Positions 9,497 through 18,936 of a stretch of DNA of 64,000 nt are shown here, piece by piece. The position numbers were made by a program, and so were the translations under genes. Every line of letters begins with the position of its first letter. Position 1 is the stretch's first letter. The DNA is from an uncultured Clostridium sp. (GTDB lineage Bacteria; Bacillota; Clostridia; TANB77; CAG-508): positions 4,062 to 68,061 of the forward strand of contig CAMNWO010000005.1 in assembly GCA_946565805.1 (NCBI GenBank), in the 5' to 3' direction. The notes below the pieces were generated by a model. That model made no database searches. It was not told the DNA's origin and worked only from the letters and a program-made list of their open reading frames with translations.

Positions 9497-10243
9497 TTAT
9501 TGAAAAGTTCTTGGAATAGAACCGATCGAATGAAAACCAAGCTCTGCTGCCTCCTTAAAATATTCTTCTGAAAGACAAAAGTATTTGGTTGTTACTTTAA
9601 TCTTTGACGCTACCTTGTAAAAACTGTTCCATGCTTCTTCTTTCGAAGTAACAGAGCTATTGTCTTTACAAGTTCCAATACCAATGATACTAATCTTATC
9701 AATTTGAAGTCTGTCATGTTCTCTTTCTTCGATTGACAAGTATTTCTCATTAACTATTTTCTCGAGCTGAACCAAAGCATCAAATAAACATACTTTTTCT
9801 CCTGTCATTTCATGACATAAGACAGGAACAGCCTTTTCCTTAGAAGTTTCGAAAATTTCACTTTGTTTTACAGTTTCACCATAATTGATGATACATACTA
9901 AATCTGACTTTGCAAAATTTTTAACAATTTGCAAAACAGTATCTTTTTCGTTTCCTACTATTGCCGTATTTTCTACCAAAATAATGGTAAGCTCTTTCTT
10001 TTCCAACCGTTTAATGATTGGTTTTGGAATAATAGGTTTAGAAGAGGCTGTTCTGAAAGTTGTTCCTTCTTCTGGAAGTCCATACATCAATTGAAATTCT
10101 AAATTAGGATCCACAAGTTTGGAAGCTTTTTCTTTTCCAATTGGCTGTTGTTCTTTTTTAGGTTGTTCAACTGTTGCTGGATATTCATCCTTTTTCTTTC
10201 TCCATTTTTTACCCTTTGTTTTTGAATTGTCAAATATACCCAT
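9497..10243 (-). CDS. vWA-like protein with degenerate MIDAS and a Lys/Pro-rich N-terminus
   Basis: LTIILVENTAIV...LVCIINYGETV...ISIIGIGTCKDN...TTKYFCLSEE follows the vWA strand pattern, but the DxSxS positions read ENTAI. AGGAGG SD; its ATG overlaps the upstream stop (TAATG). Confidence 0.55.
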   Translation of the reverse strand: MGIFDNSKTKGKKWRKKKDEYPATVEQPKKEQQPIGKEKASKLVDPNLEFQLMYGLPEEGTTFRTASSKPIIPKPIIKRLEKKELTIILVENTAIVGNEKDTVLQIVKNFAKSDLVCIINYGETVKQSEIFETSKEKAVPVLCHEMTGEKVCLFDALVQLEKIVNEKYLSIEEREHDRLQIDKISIIGIGTCKDNSSVTSKEEAWNSFYKVASKIKVTTKYFCLSEEYFKEAAELGFHSIGSIPRTFQ

Positions 10244-10929
10244 TATTTTTTACCTCCTAACATTCCAATTGTAATATCATCATGAAAAGACATTCTTTTT
10301 TCTTTGAGAATTGTTTCTGTCAGAGAGAAGTTTTCAGCTACAATACTGGTATCTATGTCTTTCATGTCAAATTTTATAATTGGCATAACTCCATCAGTAG
10401 CAATTAATACCTTCTTGAAAACTGTTTTATCAAAGGTAAATGTCTTAAATTGATAATCCTTGAAAGTAGGTGCCATCTGACTACAATATTTGTAGGCATA
10501 GTATGGCGGGCAACTTCCATATGCAAATTTCATATAACTCAATAATCCTTTTGCATTTTGGGTAATAATGTACCCATCTCCAAAAAGTTTCACAATGTAC
10601 TTATCTTCTGTTTCAAAACAAGCTATGATTGTAAACAAAAGATTTTCCATAATGTAATCTCTTTCGAGGTCATCGCTAATTGGATAGTACTTTTTTAACA
10701 TAGTAAGTATGTCATCAAAAACACTTTTTACATTATCTTCAAATTTTTCTAAGCTATCACATTCCTCCTTTCTTGAGAAAAGCTGTCCAAACAACCGTGC
10801 TCCGGAATCGGAATACTTTGCAGCACTGCACCCATCTAAAATAAGTACCATTTTTTCGTTTTCCATTCCAAAATCTTGATTGTTAATTCCATTTGTAAAA
10901 TGCCCAAATCCTTGAGAAGTTATAATCAT
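10243..10929 (-). CDS. PP2C-family (PP2C_2-like) protein phosphatase
   Basis: SQGFGHFTNGINNQDFG, LILDGCSAAKYSDSGA, KLFGDGYII and LIATDGVM match the conserved Asp/Gly blocks of bacterial PP2C_2 proteins. AGGAGA SD. Confidence 0.7.
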   Translation of the reverse strand: MIITSQGFGHFTNGINNQDFGMENEKMVLILDGCSAAKYSDSGARLFGQLFSRKEECDSLEKFEDNVKSVFDDILTMLKKYYPISDDLERDYIMENLLFTIIACFETEDKYIVKLFGDGYIITQNAKGLLSYMKFAYGSCPPYYAYKYCSQMAPTFKDYQFKTFTFDKTVFKKVLIATDGVMPIIKFDMKDIDTSIVAENFSLTETILKEKRMSFHDDITIGMLGGKK

Positions 10930-10978
10930 AATTTCCCTTTCTCCTTTCTATTGTTTATTTCAAAAAAATAACATATAC

Positions 10979-11007
10979 ATAATACCATATTTTATGTAAA
11001 ACATCAA
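10979..11007 (-). promoter_or_regulatory. candidate extended -10 promoter of the PP2C-vWA-kinase operon
   Basis: Minus strand TTGATG (11002-11007), 17-nt spacer ending in TGg, TATTAT (10979-10984). Confidence 0.5.
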
Positions 11008-11010
11008 TAC

Positions 11011-11044
11011 AAAAGGGCGAATTTCTTTCGAAATCCACCCTTTT
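11011..11044 (-). terminator. hairpin downstream of TelA
   Basis: aaaagggcgaatttc / gaaatccaccctttt form a 15-bp stem with two G-U pairs on the RNA and loop tttc. The U-run is only the CCCUUUU at the stem base, so termination may be partial. Confidence 0.5.
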
Positions 11045-11064
11045 GATATGTTTTTTATCTGAAA

Positions 11065-12315
11065 TTAAAATTTCAGACCAGCAACTCCAGTTGGAGTTTT
11101 GCTTGTTTCTGTATTTAATGTTTCAATAGATGTACCAACAACTGGCTCAAGCTGTTCGATTAAGCCATTTAATTCAGTGAGATCTGCCTTCATCTTAGGA
11201 AGCATTTCATCAGCCACTTTCTTAATGTTTTCACAACTATTTATTACTTCTGTTACCGCAGTTTTTGCTGCGTCCGCATTATAAAAACTTGCATACATCG
11301 CTTTCTCAGCTAGCTCTGCTGTCATTCCAACTGATTGACTAACATCTTTTACAAGTTCGTCATTCAGTCGCACAATTGCATTCTGCCCTTCCAAGACCTC
11401 TTTGGTCTTTGCATTTAACAGTGCATTACGTAATTGCTGCCCCACAAGAGCCATACTGTTATTGACCTGCGTGTTAATTGCAATCTGGACATCAATATTA
11501 CTCTTTTTGATTAATGACAGTTGCCCCATGCTTAAATAATACATAATACGGGACTTTTCAAGGTTGTTCATCGTTATTTCAAAAATGTCATGTCCTTCCT
11601 TAAGTTCCTGATAATCATGTGCATATTGTAACATTCCCGTTGTCTGATGCTGCTCTTGGATCGCTTGCATTTCACCAGCAATTCGTTCATCTGCAATCTT
11701 GCCAGCAATAATGTACTTTTCAAGCAAAGAAATTGTCTCAATATCACTCAGCATCGAAGTTGTAATATCTCCCATTGCATTTTTCAACATATTAACCCAA
11801 GTATCGCAAGACGTTTTCAATTCTACCAAAAGTTTATAGCTAGTTACTGCACTTTTTTGAATCTTATCTGTCTTCGATTTGCTTTTGGATCCGCTTGTAA
11901 GTTTCAGTAAGAGTTTCTGAAAAAGGCCTGGCTCTTGAAGAACCATATTGAAATCATCATAACTGTTCGAAGCCTTTTTCGAAAGTTCAATAACTCTTGA
12001 AATGACTTCCTGGTCAGCATGTGAACCTCTTTCATCTTTTAAAAAACTTCCGCACTGCTCAAATGTCCTCTTCAATGCAATAGAACCATAGCTCATAACA
12101 TTTTCAGTTTTTCTAACATCAATGCTATCTGCAAGTTCTAAGATTTCCTGCCGTTCTTTCTCTGAATAAGTTGCTAATGCCTGTTTGCAATTAAGCGGTA
12201 TGACATCATTTTTTGTTGTTGGAACAGAAATCTGTTGTAACCCAATTGCTCCTACGTCTGGTGTCACAACTGTTTCCGGTGTTGTTTGTGTAGCCATTTG
12301 TGTGTTATTTTCCAT
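11065..12315 (-). CDS. telA: TelA-family (toxic anion resistance) protein
   Basis: ILELADSIDVRKTENVMSYGSIALKRTFEQCGSFL and a long helical body of ~400 aa resemble TelA/YceH/YaaN proteins. GGAGG lies 8 nt before ATG 12315. Confidence 0.7.
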   Translation of the reverse strand: MENNTQMATQTTPETVVTPDVGAIGLQQISVPTTKNDVIPLNCKQALATYSEKERQEILELADSIDVRKTENVMSYGSIALKRTFEQCGSFLKDERGSHADQEVISRVIELSKKASNSYDDFNMVLQEPGLFQKLLLKLTSGSKSKSKTDKIQKSAVTSYKLLVELKTSCDTWVNMLKNAMGDITTSMLSDIETISLLEKYIIAGKIADERIAGEMQAIQEQHQTTGMLQYAHDYQELKEGHDIFEITMNNLEKSRIMYYLSMGQLSLIKKSNIDVQIAINTQVNNSMALVGQQLRNALLNAKTKEVLEGQNAIVRLNDELVKDVSQSVGMTAELAEKAMYASFYNADAAKTAVTEVINSCENIKKVADEMLPKMKADLTELNGLIEQLEPVVGTSIETLNTETSKTPTGVAGLKF

Positions 12316-12369
12316 AGTGTTTACCTCCATTGTTTAAACATTAAATTGGTTACTATATTACGTTCACTT

Positions 12370-12398
12370 ATTATATCACCGTTTATTAATTATGTCAA
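12370..12398 (-). promoter_or_regulatory. consensus sigma-A promoter of telA
   Basis: Minus strand TTGACA (12393-12398), 17-nt spacer ending in TGa, TATAAT (12370-12375). Confidence 0.7.
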
Positions 12399-12473
12399 TT
12401 AGCATTGATAAATTTCTTTTCATTTGTATTGAAGGTTATCTTTATTATTAAAAAGTGTTAAGAAAAACGTATT

Positions 12474-12510
12474 AAATAAGAAAATGGCGAAAGAAATTTA
12501 TTCTTCCGCC
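12474..12510 (-). terminator. intrinsic terminator after the 180-aa gene
   Basis: On the minus-strand RNA, GGCGGAAGAA / UUCUUUCGCC pair fully (one G-U), followed by AUUUUCUUAUUU. Confidence 0.7.
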
Positions 12511-12554
12511 ACAAGATTCACTATTCAATTGTTATCTGAAAATTTCAAGTTAGC

Positions 12555-13097
12555 TTACTCGTCTCTGCTTTCTTCGCTTTCTTCCTGCTCATCTTCATAC
12601 ATCCATTTTTGGAAGCCTTCGACAAACTTTTGTGCCGTCTTTTTCGCCTTTTTCTCGGCTTTAGCTACATATTTAGGTCCTTTGTCTTTAACCTTTTCTT
12701 TAGTAGCATTGAAGCCCTCCTGTACTGTGCTACTAACCTCCTCGAATGCAGTTCTGGCATCTTCGTACATCTGCTTAATTTCTTCAGAATACGCAGGCTT
12801 GTTTCCATCTTCGATCATTTCAATCAGTTTGGAGGTATACTCCAAAACAAATTCTTTATCTACTTTTCCGCCACAATAAGATAAAACATGCTGCTGGAGT
12901 GATTTCGCAAGAATAGCATACTGTTTTTCTTCTAAAAGTGGTTCCACAGAACCAAACAGCTGCATCATACATTCATCGATAAGTGGTTTGTCTTTTTCCT
13001 TTGCATATCTCAGAATGTTCCGGATGTCAATCAGTTTCTCATAAGCTTTCTTAACGTTTTCATTCATCATAGTTGCACCAACCTTTCTTAAAGTCAT
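12555..13097 (-). CDS. 180-aa helical protein with a Lys-rich then acidic C-terminus, unknown function
   Basis: ORF with its own promoter and terminator; the start could be the internal ATG at 13070. I recognise no motif. Confidence 0.5.
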   Translation of the reverse strand: MTLRKVGATMMNENVKKAYEKLIDIRNILRYAKEKDKPLIDECMMQLFGSVEPLLEEKQYAILAKSLQQHVLSYCGGKVDKEFVLEYTSKLIEMIEDGNKPAYSEEIKQMYEDARTAFEEVSSTVQEGFNATKEKVKDKGPKYVAKAEKKAKKTAQKFVEGFQKWMYEDEQEESEESRDE

Positions 13098-13115
13098 TTT
13101 TAACGTTACTTTGCT

Positions 13116-13144
13116 ATCTTATCACATTATGTTAAATTTGTCAA
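13116..13144 (-). promoter_or_regulatory. candidate promoter of the 180-aa gene
   Basis: Minus strand TTGACA (13139-13144), 17-nt spacer ending in TGa, TAAGAT (13116-13121). Confidence 0.4.
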
Positions 13145-13176
13145 TTAAAAATAGTGGAAAACTAAATTTCCACTAT
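13143..13176 (-). terminator. secA terminator
   Basis: atagtggaaa (13151-13160) / tttccactat (13167-13176), followed on the minus strand by UUUUUAAUU. Confidence 0.75.
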
Positions 13177-13183
13177 CTTAGTA

Positions 13184-15952
13184 TTATTGATTTTTGCCAC
13201 AGCAATTTTTGTATTTCTTCCCACTTCCACATGGACAAGGATCATTTCTACCAACCTTAGGACCTTCATTACGAACTGTTCTATCAACATCTGTTCCTAT
13301 TTTAGCTCCTCCATCTACACTGTGGATTGCTTCTAAAGCTGCCCCTGTAATTTTAACTGTTTCTTGTCTTTTTGTTTCTCCTTGTTGTCTAATATGCATT
13401 AATATCTTAGTTACATCTACTTTAATGTCATTTATCATTTCGTCAAACATGTCAAAACCTTCTAAACGATACTGAACAACTGGATCTTTTTGACCGTAAG
13501 CACGTAAGCCAATACCATTTTTCAATTCGTCCATGCTATCAATGTGGTTCATCCATTTTTCGTCAACAACTTTAAGCATAACCACTCTTTCTAACTCTCT
13601 CATTTCATCTTGACCAATTTCTTGTTCTTTTTCAGCATAGATTTCCATTGCTTTTTTCTTTAATTCTGCTGAAATGGCATTAGAATCTGTTTTGTTATTT
13701 TTAATATAGTCTAACATATCAATTCCAAAAATATTGATAATTTCTGTATTTAAAGACTCTACATTTAACTCTGAAGTTTCTACATCAATAAACATATCTA
13801 CTATATTATCTGCTACAAATTCAACCATAGAAATAATGCTGTCATGGATATTTTCTCCATCTAAAACTTGTCTTCTTTGTTTATAGATAATTTCTCTTTG
13901 TGCATTCATAACATCGTCATATTTCAATACATTTTTACGAATACTGAAGTTTCTTCCTTCTACTTTCTTTTGCGCATTTTCTACTGCATTTGAAATAATT
14001 CTAGATTCAATTGGCATATCTTCATCTGCCCCAATTGTATTGTATACTTTTGTGATGGCATCTCCACCGAATATTTTCATTAAATCGTCATCTAATCCAA
14101 TATAGAATTTAGACTCACCATTATCTCCTTGACGTCCAGAACGTCCACGTAACTGATTGTCAATTCTTCTTGATTCATGTCTTTCGGTACCTATAATTTT
14201 TAATCCACCAGCTGCAATTACTTTTTCTTTTTCTTCTTTGATCTGTTCATCGTATTTTTTAACCAAACTTCTAAATTGTTCTCTTGCTTTTAGTATTTCT
14301 TGGTCTTCTGTTTCATAGTAGGTATCTGCTTCTTCAATGATTTCATGAGCTACTTTATTTCTTCTCATTTCTTCTTTGGCTAGGAACTCACTATTTCCAC
14401 CAAGCATAATGTCAGTACCACGTCCTGCCATGTTGGTTGCAATTGTAACAGCTCCAAATTTACCAGCTTGTGCTACAATTTCAGCTTCTTTTTCATGGTA
14501 TTTTGCGTTTAATACTTCGTGTTTAATTCCTTCTTTTTTCAATAACTGGCTTAATTTTTCTGATTTTTCAATGGATACTGTACCTACTAAGACTGGTTGT
14601 CCTACTTCATGGCTCTTTTTAATGCTTTCTACAATAGCTCTATATTTAGCATTTTCGTTTTTGTAAATAACATCATTTTCATCTTTACGAACCATTGGCT
14701 TATTGGTTGGAATGTCAACAACGTCTAAGTTATAGATTTCTTCGAATTCTCCTTCTTCTGTCATAGCTGTACCTGTCATACCAGATAATTTATCATACAT
14801 TCTAAATAAGTTTTGGAAGGTAATAGTTGCTAATGTTTTAGACTCGTCTGCAATTTTTACATTTTCTTTTGCTTCAATTGCTTGGTGTAATCCATTGTTG
14901 TATCTTCTTCCATACATAATACGTCCTGTAAATTCGTCAACAATTAATACTTCTCCATCTTTTACGATGTAATCAATGTCTTTTTTCATAACACCATGGG
15001 CTCTTAAAGCTTGGTTTACGTGATGAACTAATGTTGAATTTTCCAAGTCATTGAAGTTTTCTAGGTTAAAAGCATCTTCTGCTTTTTTAATACCTTTTCC
15101 AGTTAATGACGCAGATTTTGCCTTCAAGTCTACGATATAATCGTATTTTTCATTGTCTTCTGCTTGGTCATAATCTTTGATATCTTCTTCTACAATTACT
15201 TTTGGTGTTAGTCTTTTTACAAAGTCATTTGCTTTTTTGTATAGTCCTGATGACTCATTTGCTCTACCAGATATAATTAATGGTGTACGTGCTTCATCAA
15301 TTAAAATACTGTCGATTTCATCAACAATGGCATAATGTAATCCTCTTTGTACTAATTGGTTTTTGTAAATAACCATGTTATCTCTTAGGTAGTCAAATCC
15401 AAATTCATTATTGGTCCCATAAGTTACGTCTGCATTGTAAGCTTCTTGTTTTTCTTTTGGCTCCATTCCGCTAATTACTAATCCAACAGATAGTCCTAAG
15501 AATTTATATAGTTTTCCCATCCATTCACTGTCTCTTTTTGCTAGGTAATCGTTAACAGTAATAACATGCACTCCTTTTCCTTCTAGTGCATTTAAGTATA
15601 CAGGCAAAGTTGCAACTAGAGTTTTTCCTTCTCCTGTTTTCATTTCGGCAATTCTTCCTTGGTGTAGGATAATTCCACCGATTAATTGCACATCAAAATG
15701 TCTCATTCCTAATACTCTTTTAGAGGCTTCTCTTACAACTGCAAATGCTTCTACTAGAATATCGTCTAATGTTTTTCCTTCTTGTAATTGTTTTTTGAAT
15801 TCGTCGGTTTTTGCTCTTAATTGGCTGTCACTTAATTTTGACATTTCTTCTTCTAGTCCATTAATTTTTTCAACTAATGGCATTACTCTTTTTACTTCTT
15901 TTTCACTGTATGATTTGAATATTTTGTTAAATATACTCATTTTTGTCTTCAA
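13184..15952 (-). CDS. secA: preprotein translocase ATPase SecA
   Basis: 922 aa with [28 protein letters not shown] and the C-terminal Zn finger [14 protein letters not shown]. Confidence 0.97.
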   Translation of the reverse strand: MKTKMSIFNKIFKSYSEKEVKRVMPLVEKINGLEEEMSKLSDSQLRAKTDEFKKQLQEGKTLDDILVEAFAVVREASKRVLGMRHFDVQLIGGIILHQGRIAEMKTGEGKTLVATLPVYLNALEGKGVHVITVNDYLAKRDSEWMGKLYKFLGLSVGLVISGMEPKEKQEAYNADVTYGTNNEFGFDYLRDNMVIYKNQLVQRGLHYAIVDEIDSILIDEARTPLIISGRANESSGLYKKANDFVKRLTPKVIVEEDIKDYDQAEDNEKYDYIVDLKAKSASLTGKGIKKAEDAFNLENFNDLENSTLVHHVNQALRAHGVMKKDIDYIVKDGEVLIVDEFTGRIMYGRRYNNGLHQAIEAKENVKIADESKTLATITFQNLFRMYDKLSGMTGTAMTEEGEFEEIYNLDVVDIPTNKPMVRKDENDVIYKNENAKYRAIVESIKKSHEVGQPVLVGTVSIEKSEKLSQLLKKEGIKHEVLNAKYHEKEAEIVAQAGKFGAVTIATNMAGRGTDIMLGGNSEFLAKEEMRRNKVAHEIIEEADTYYETEDQEILKAREQFRSLVKKYDEQIKEEKEKVIAAGGLKIIGTERHESRRIDNQLRGRSGRQGDNGESKFYIGLDDDLMKIFGGDAITKVYNTIGADEDMPIESRIISNAVENAQKKVEGRNFSIRKNVLKYDDVMNAQREIIYKQRRQVLDGENIHDSIISMVEFVADNIVDMFIDVETSELNVESLNTEIINIFGIDMLDYIKNNKTDSNAISAELKKKAMEIYAEKEQEIGQDEMRELERVVMLKVVDEKWMNHIDSMDELKNGIGLRAYGQKDPVVQYRLEGFDMFDEMINDIKVDVTKILMHIRQQGETKRQETVKITGAALEAIHSVDGGAKIGTDVDRTVRNEGPKVGRNDPCPCGSGKKYKNCCGKNQ

Positions 15953-16038
15953 TCCCTTCTTATGTTTTTTATGTTCTTTTTTCCTTTGTTACTATATCAC
16001 TAAACTTCACATTTAGCAAGTACTTTTTTATATATTTT

Positions 16039-16079
16039 CAAAGGAAAAAACCTCACCTTACAAATTTCGTAAGATGAGG
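16039..16079 (-). terminator. intrinsic terminator
   Basis: On the minus RNA, CCUCAUCUUAC / GUAAGGUGAGG form an 11-bp stem followed by UUUUUUCCUUUG. Confidence 0.75.
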
Positions 16080-16085
16080 TAAAAC

Positions 16086-16595
16086 CTAGTCGGTAAATCT
16101 GATTTGATATCCCAATTTTGTTAAATCTGGAATTGAAATCTGGATAACTTCATATAAATCTTCCTTCTTTCCTTCTTCGAGGTAATTTGGTACAATTGTA
16201 GTTCCTTTTTTCCTGTAGGTAGCATAGATATAGTACTCATTTTGTAACTCTTCAAAGAAAATACCTGCCATTGGTAACGAAAAATTTGTACCCATTTCCT
16301 TTTGTATGGCTTCTTTAACTTCTTCTTGCAATCGAACATTTTCGTAGAGATACATATTTCTTCCATCAATACAACCTTCTAAAAAAATGCTTTTTAACGT
16401 ATTTCTTTCGATCCTATCTAAGATAACCAATACAATAAATAAAATAAAAACTGACAAAATCAAAGTCCAATTAGCTGGATTTGTCATATTGATAATTAAT
16501 ATCAATAAAGTTGCCAATACCAATATCATAAATATTGGTATTAAAATCATCTCGATTTTAGTTACAAGATCATACCGCTTTTTCATTTTTTTCAT
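16086..16595 (-). CDS. membrane protein (two N-terminal TM helices), unknown function
   Basis: 169-aa ORF with hydrophobic segments ILIPIFMILVLATLLILII and LILSVFILFIVLVIL. Confidence 0.5.
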   Translation of the reverse strand: MKKMKKRYDLVTKIEMILIPIFMILVLATLLILIINMTNPANWTLILSVFILFIVLVILDRIERNTLKSIFLEGCIDGRNMYLYENVRLQEEVKEAIQKEMGTNFSLPMAGIFFEELQNEYYIYATYRKKGTTIVPNYLEEGKKEDLYEVIQISIPDLTKLGYQIRFTD

Positions 16596-16677
16596 TGTCG
16601 TTCCTCCTTATTTAAAAAGAATCTATCATTATAAGTTTTTTCGCTTTATTTTAACATATTTCACATAATCTTGCAAG

Positions 16678-17337
16678 TTATCCAATTAAAATAAGCATCA
16701 TTAAAGTGCTTATGGGAACCGTTATATTGTCTCTTCCCTTTCCTGATATTGCTTCAACTGCTGTTATACAATAAGCCATCATCACTGTAATAAGTGTCCA
16801 ATGTGTTGTTTTCCAAAATACTTCTCCATGTTTTGTTGCTAAATATATTCCTAGAAGTAGTGTTGTTATGATAAACATGGTAAAGGATCCAGCATAAGAC
16901 TTTTTAGAACTACTTAGCTTAAACTTTTTACTTCTTATAAGTTTGCCAAATACTCCAGCTAAACCATCACCATATGACATAATTAAATTAGGAATTAATC
17001 CTAGTAAAGGTTCTTTATAAATTCCAAAGGATACAATTGTCAATATTAATAGTGCAATGGCATAATACACAGTGCCAATCCCATCTTGTTTATCTCTTTC
17101 CATCACTTTTATTAAATTCTTTTTGTAAGAAATATAGTTTATGATTACAAATGTAATTGGCACGAACATGGCAAACCATACATTTGTGAAAAAATACATG
17201 GCAATAAACCACCAATTTCCTAACATAATATGTATAAACTTTCTACTAAATTCCGTTCCCTTTTTCTCAAAAATTTTTGCACTTATAATGACAATTCCTA
17301 TATATAAATAAGATACCACTATTCCTAGAAAATTCAT
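16678..17337 (-). CDS. polytopic membrane protein, polyprenol/phytol kinase-like (CTP_transf_1 superfamily) candidate
   Basis: About 6 TM segments; SRKFIHIMLG and MSYGDGLAGVFGK resemble dolichol/phytol kinase-type proteins. Confidence 0.4.
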   Translation of the reverse strand: MNFLGIVVSYLYIGIVIISAKIFEKKGTEFSRKFIHIMLGNWWFIAMYFFTNVWFAMFVPITFVIINYISYKKNLIKVMERDKQDGIGTVYYAIALLILTIVSFGIYKEPLLGLIPNLIMSYGDGLAGVFGKLIRSKKFKLSSSKKSYAGSFTMFIITTLLLGIYLATKHGEVFWKTTHWTLITVMMAYCITAVEAISGKGRDNITVPISTLMMLILIG

Positions 17338-17355
17338 TTTGTTTAATAAGCCTCC

Positions 17356-18021
17356 TTATTTTATGTATTGAAATACTTTTTCTGTTGCTTCCTTAACATT
17401 TTTACATTCTGTAACATCTATTCTTTTCGTTTGTGGATATATTTTATAATATCCTGTTTTTTCTTGTAATCTATCTCTTTCCTCCAACATTTTTCTTATT
17501 TCCTCTTTTGCTATCTTTTTATGGTATTGTTTATATTTTCTGTTTGTTCTTTCTTCTATAGAAGCATCAATAAAAAAATGATAAGTAACAGCTGGATACA
17601 TTTTGATAATGTCTCTGGAAGATAGAATTACATTATAATCCTCTCGATAGGTATCAATTAACTTTCTTCCAAATTGGTATAATTTTTCATTGTTAGCCTT
17701 ATTACTTACTTGCGAGACAGCAAGCGATATTTTGGCACATTGTAAGTCTTCTTCTTGTATTTTTTCTCCTCTTCGATATATCACAGTTTCTCTATTTTCT
17801 ATTTTTATTTCGATTTCTAGTTGTTTCATTACTTCAAATATGTCCAGATTTTCTAGTCCTTGTGAAATATCTTTTAATTCTATCATTCCATAAACAATGG
17901 CACGATATATATTACCTCCATGTAATATGATTGAATTTTCAATTTTTTCTAACAGACCTCTACTGATACTTGTTTTTCCAGAACCTACTGTTCCTTCTAT
18001 TCCTATTACGATATTTTCCAT
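17356..18021 (-). CDS. cytidylate kinase-like P-loop kinase
   Basis: IGIEGTVGSGKTS Walker A and GGNIYRAIV (compare GAMYRA of Cmk); 221 aa. Confidence 0.5.
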   Translation of the reverse strand: MENIVIGIEGTVGSGKTSISRGLLEKIENSIILHGGNIYRAIVYGMIELKDISQGLENLDIFEVMKQLEIEIKIENRETVIYRRGEKIQEEDLQCAKISLAVSQVSNKANNEKLYQFGRKLIDTYREDYNVILSSRDIIKMYPAVTYHFFIDASIEERTNRKYKQYHKKIAKEEIRKMLEERDRLQEKTGYYKIYPQTKRIDVTECKNVKEATEKVFQYIK

Positions 18022-18138
18022 TTTTTCTTCCTTTCCTTTTGGCTTTTAGTATATCATATTTTTTGCTAATTATGAATATTTTTTTGTTTTTCACATAAAT
18101 TCAAGTAAATAGTATTCTTATTAGAAAAGAGGATTTTT

Positions 18139-18687
18139 ATGTTTGTCTATAATATTAAAATTAATGGTAGCAAAACTTTTAAGTATTTTTTTATTGGCGT
18201 TGTTTTGTTTGTTATTGTTATTGTAGGAATTGTAAGTTTTAAAGTTTTCTATGGTGCTAATAATGCAAAAGAGAATTCTTCCTGTTTACCACAAAAACAG
18301 ATTAGCAAATTATCTGCTACTAATTATACCAATATTTTAAAAGCTGTTCATGAAAATATCGATAGTTATGTTGGTATACAGATCAATTTTACTGGATATG
18401 TTTATCGTGTTTTAGATTTAAATGAAAATCAATTTATTTTAGCACGAGATATGATAGTTTCTTCTGATTTTCAATCGGTTGTGGTTGGTTTTTTATGCGA
18501 ATATGATACAGCAAAAGAATTTGAAAATGATACTTGGGTGGAACTAACTGGAAAAATTGTTAAAGGTGAATACCATGGCGATATGCCAATTGTTAAAGTA
18601 ACTAGCCTAAAAAAGGTTGATAAACCAAATGATGAGTTTGTGTATCCTCCCGATGAGAGCTACATTCCAACAGCTGGTGTATTATAA
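18139..18687 (+). CDS. single-pass membrane protein, DUF1980/TIGR03943-like C-terminus (tentative)
   Basis: N-terminal TM FFIGVVLFVIVIVGIV; the C-terminal VELTGKIVKGEYHGDMPIVKV...VYP pattern is the basis for the family guess. Confidence 0.3.
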   Translation: MFVYNIKINGSKTFKYFFIGVVLFVIVIVGIVSFKVFYGANNAKENSSCLPQKQISKLSATNYTNILKAVHENIDSYVGIQINFTGYVYRVLDLNENQFILARDMIVSSDFQSVVVGFLCEYDTAKEFENDTWVELTGKIVKGEYHGDMPIVKVTSLKKVDKPNDEFVYPPDESYIPTAGVL

Positions 18688-18711
18688 AAGGAATAAGTTT
18701 TTCTTATTCCT

Positions 18712-18936
18712 TTATCTCGTTATTTCCTTATTCAATTCCATAATAAAGTCTTCTTGTAACTCCTGTAGACCTTTTAATGAATTTTCTGTGATAAGTGGAT
18801 TAACACCATTTAATTGAATTGATTCTTTTGCTTTTTTAATTTTCATTAAATAATCAGCTGGATTAGAAAAAAGTTGATTTCTTTGTTTTGTTCTTTCAGT
18901 ATACAAGGCTTCTACAAAATTTTGATATTTTGTATC
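18712..18936 (-). other. in-frame continuation of the zeta-toxin reading frame beyond a TGA
   Basis: Same frame as 18937-19602 (19602-18906 = 696, which is 3 x 232). Reading through TGA 18937-18939 gives ...LLVYQS*DTKYQNFVEALYTERTKQ..., 75 more codons. Confidence 0.6.

Larger units (their letters stand above)
2492..13142 (-). other. accessory gene island inserted between secA and prfB (TelA + expanded TerY-P-like module)
   Basis: Seven co-oriented genes bounded by the secA terminator and the terminator at 2492-2527. Spot G+C counts are mosaic. No integrase or transposase is present. Confidence 0.6.

Noticed and set aside
2492-13142. Calling the secA-prfB island a bona fide mobile element (ICE, prophage or transposon).
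   Set aside because: I could find no integrase, transposase, terminal inverted or direct repeats, or tRNA attachment site at its borders. Only the insertion context and the mosaic G+C content suggest horizontal origin.
16121-16369. 82-aa ORF overlapping the 169-aa membrane protein gene on the same strand in another frame.
   Set aside because: It is fully nested in the longer ORF, which has TM segments and a downstream terminator, and it has no independent SD.
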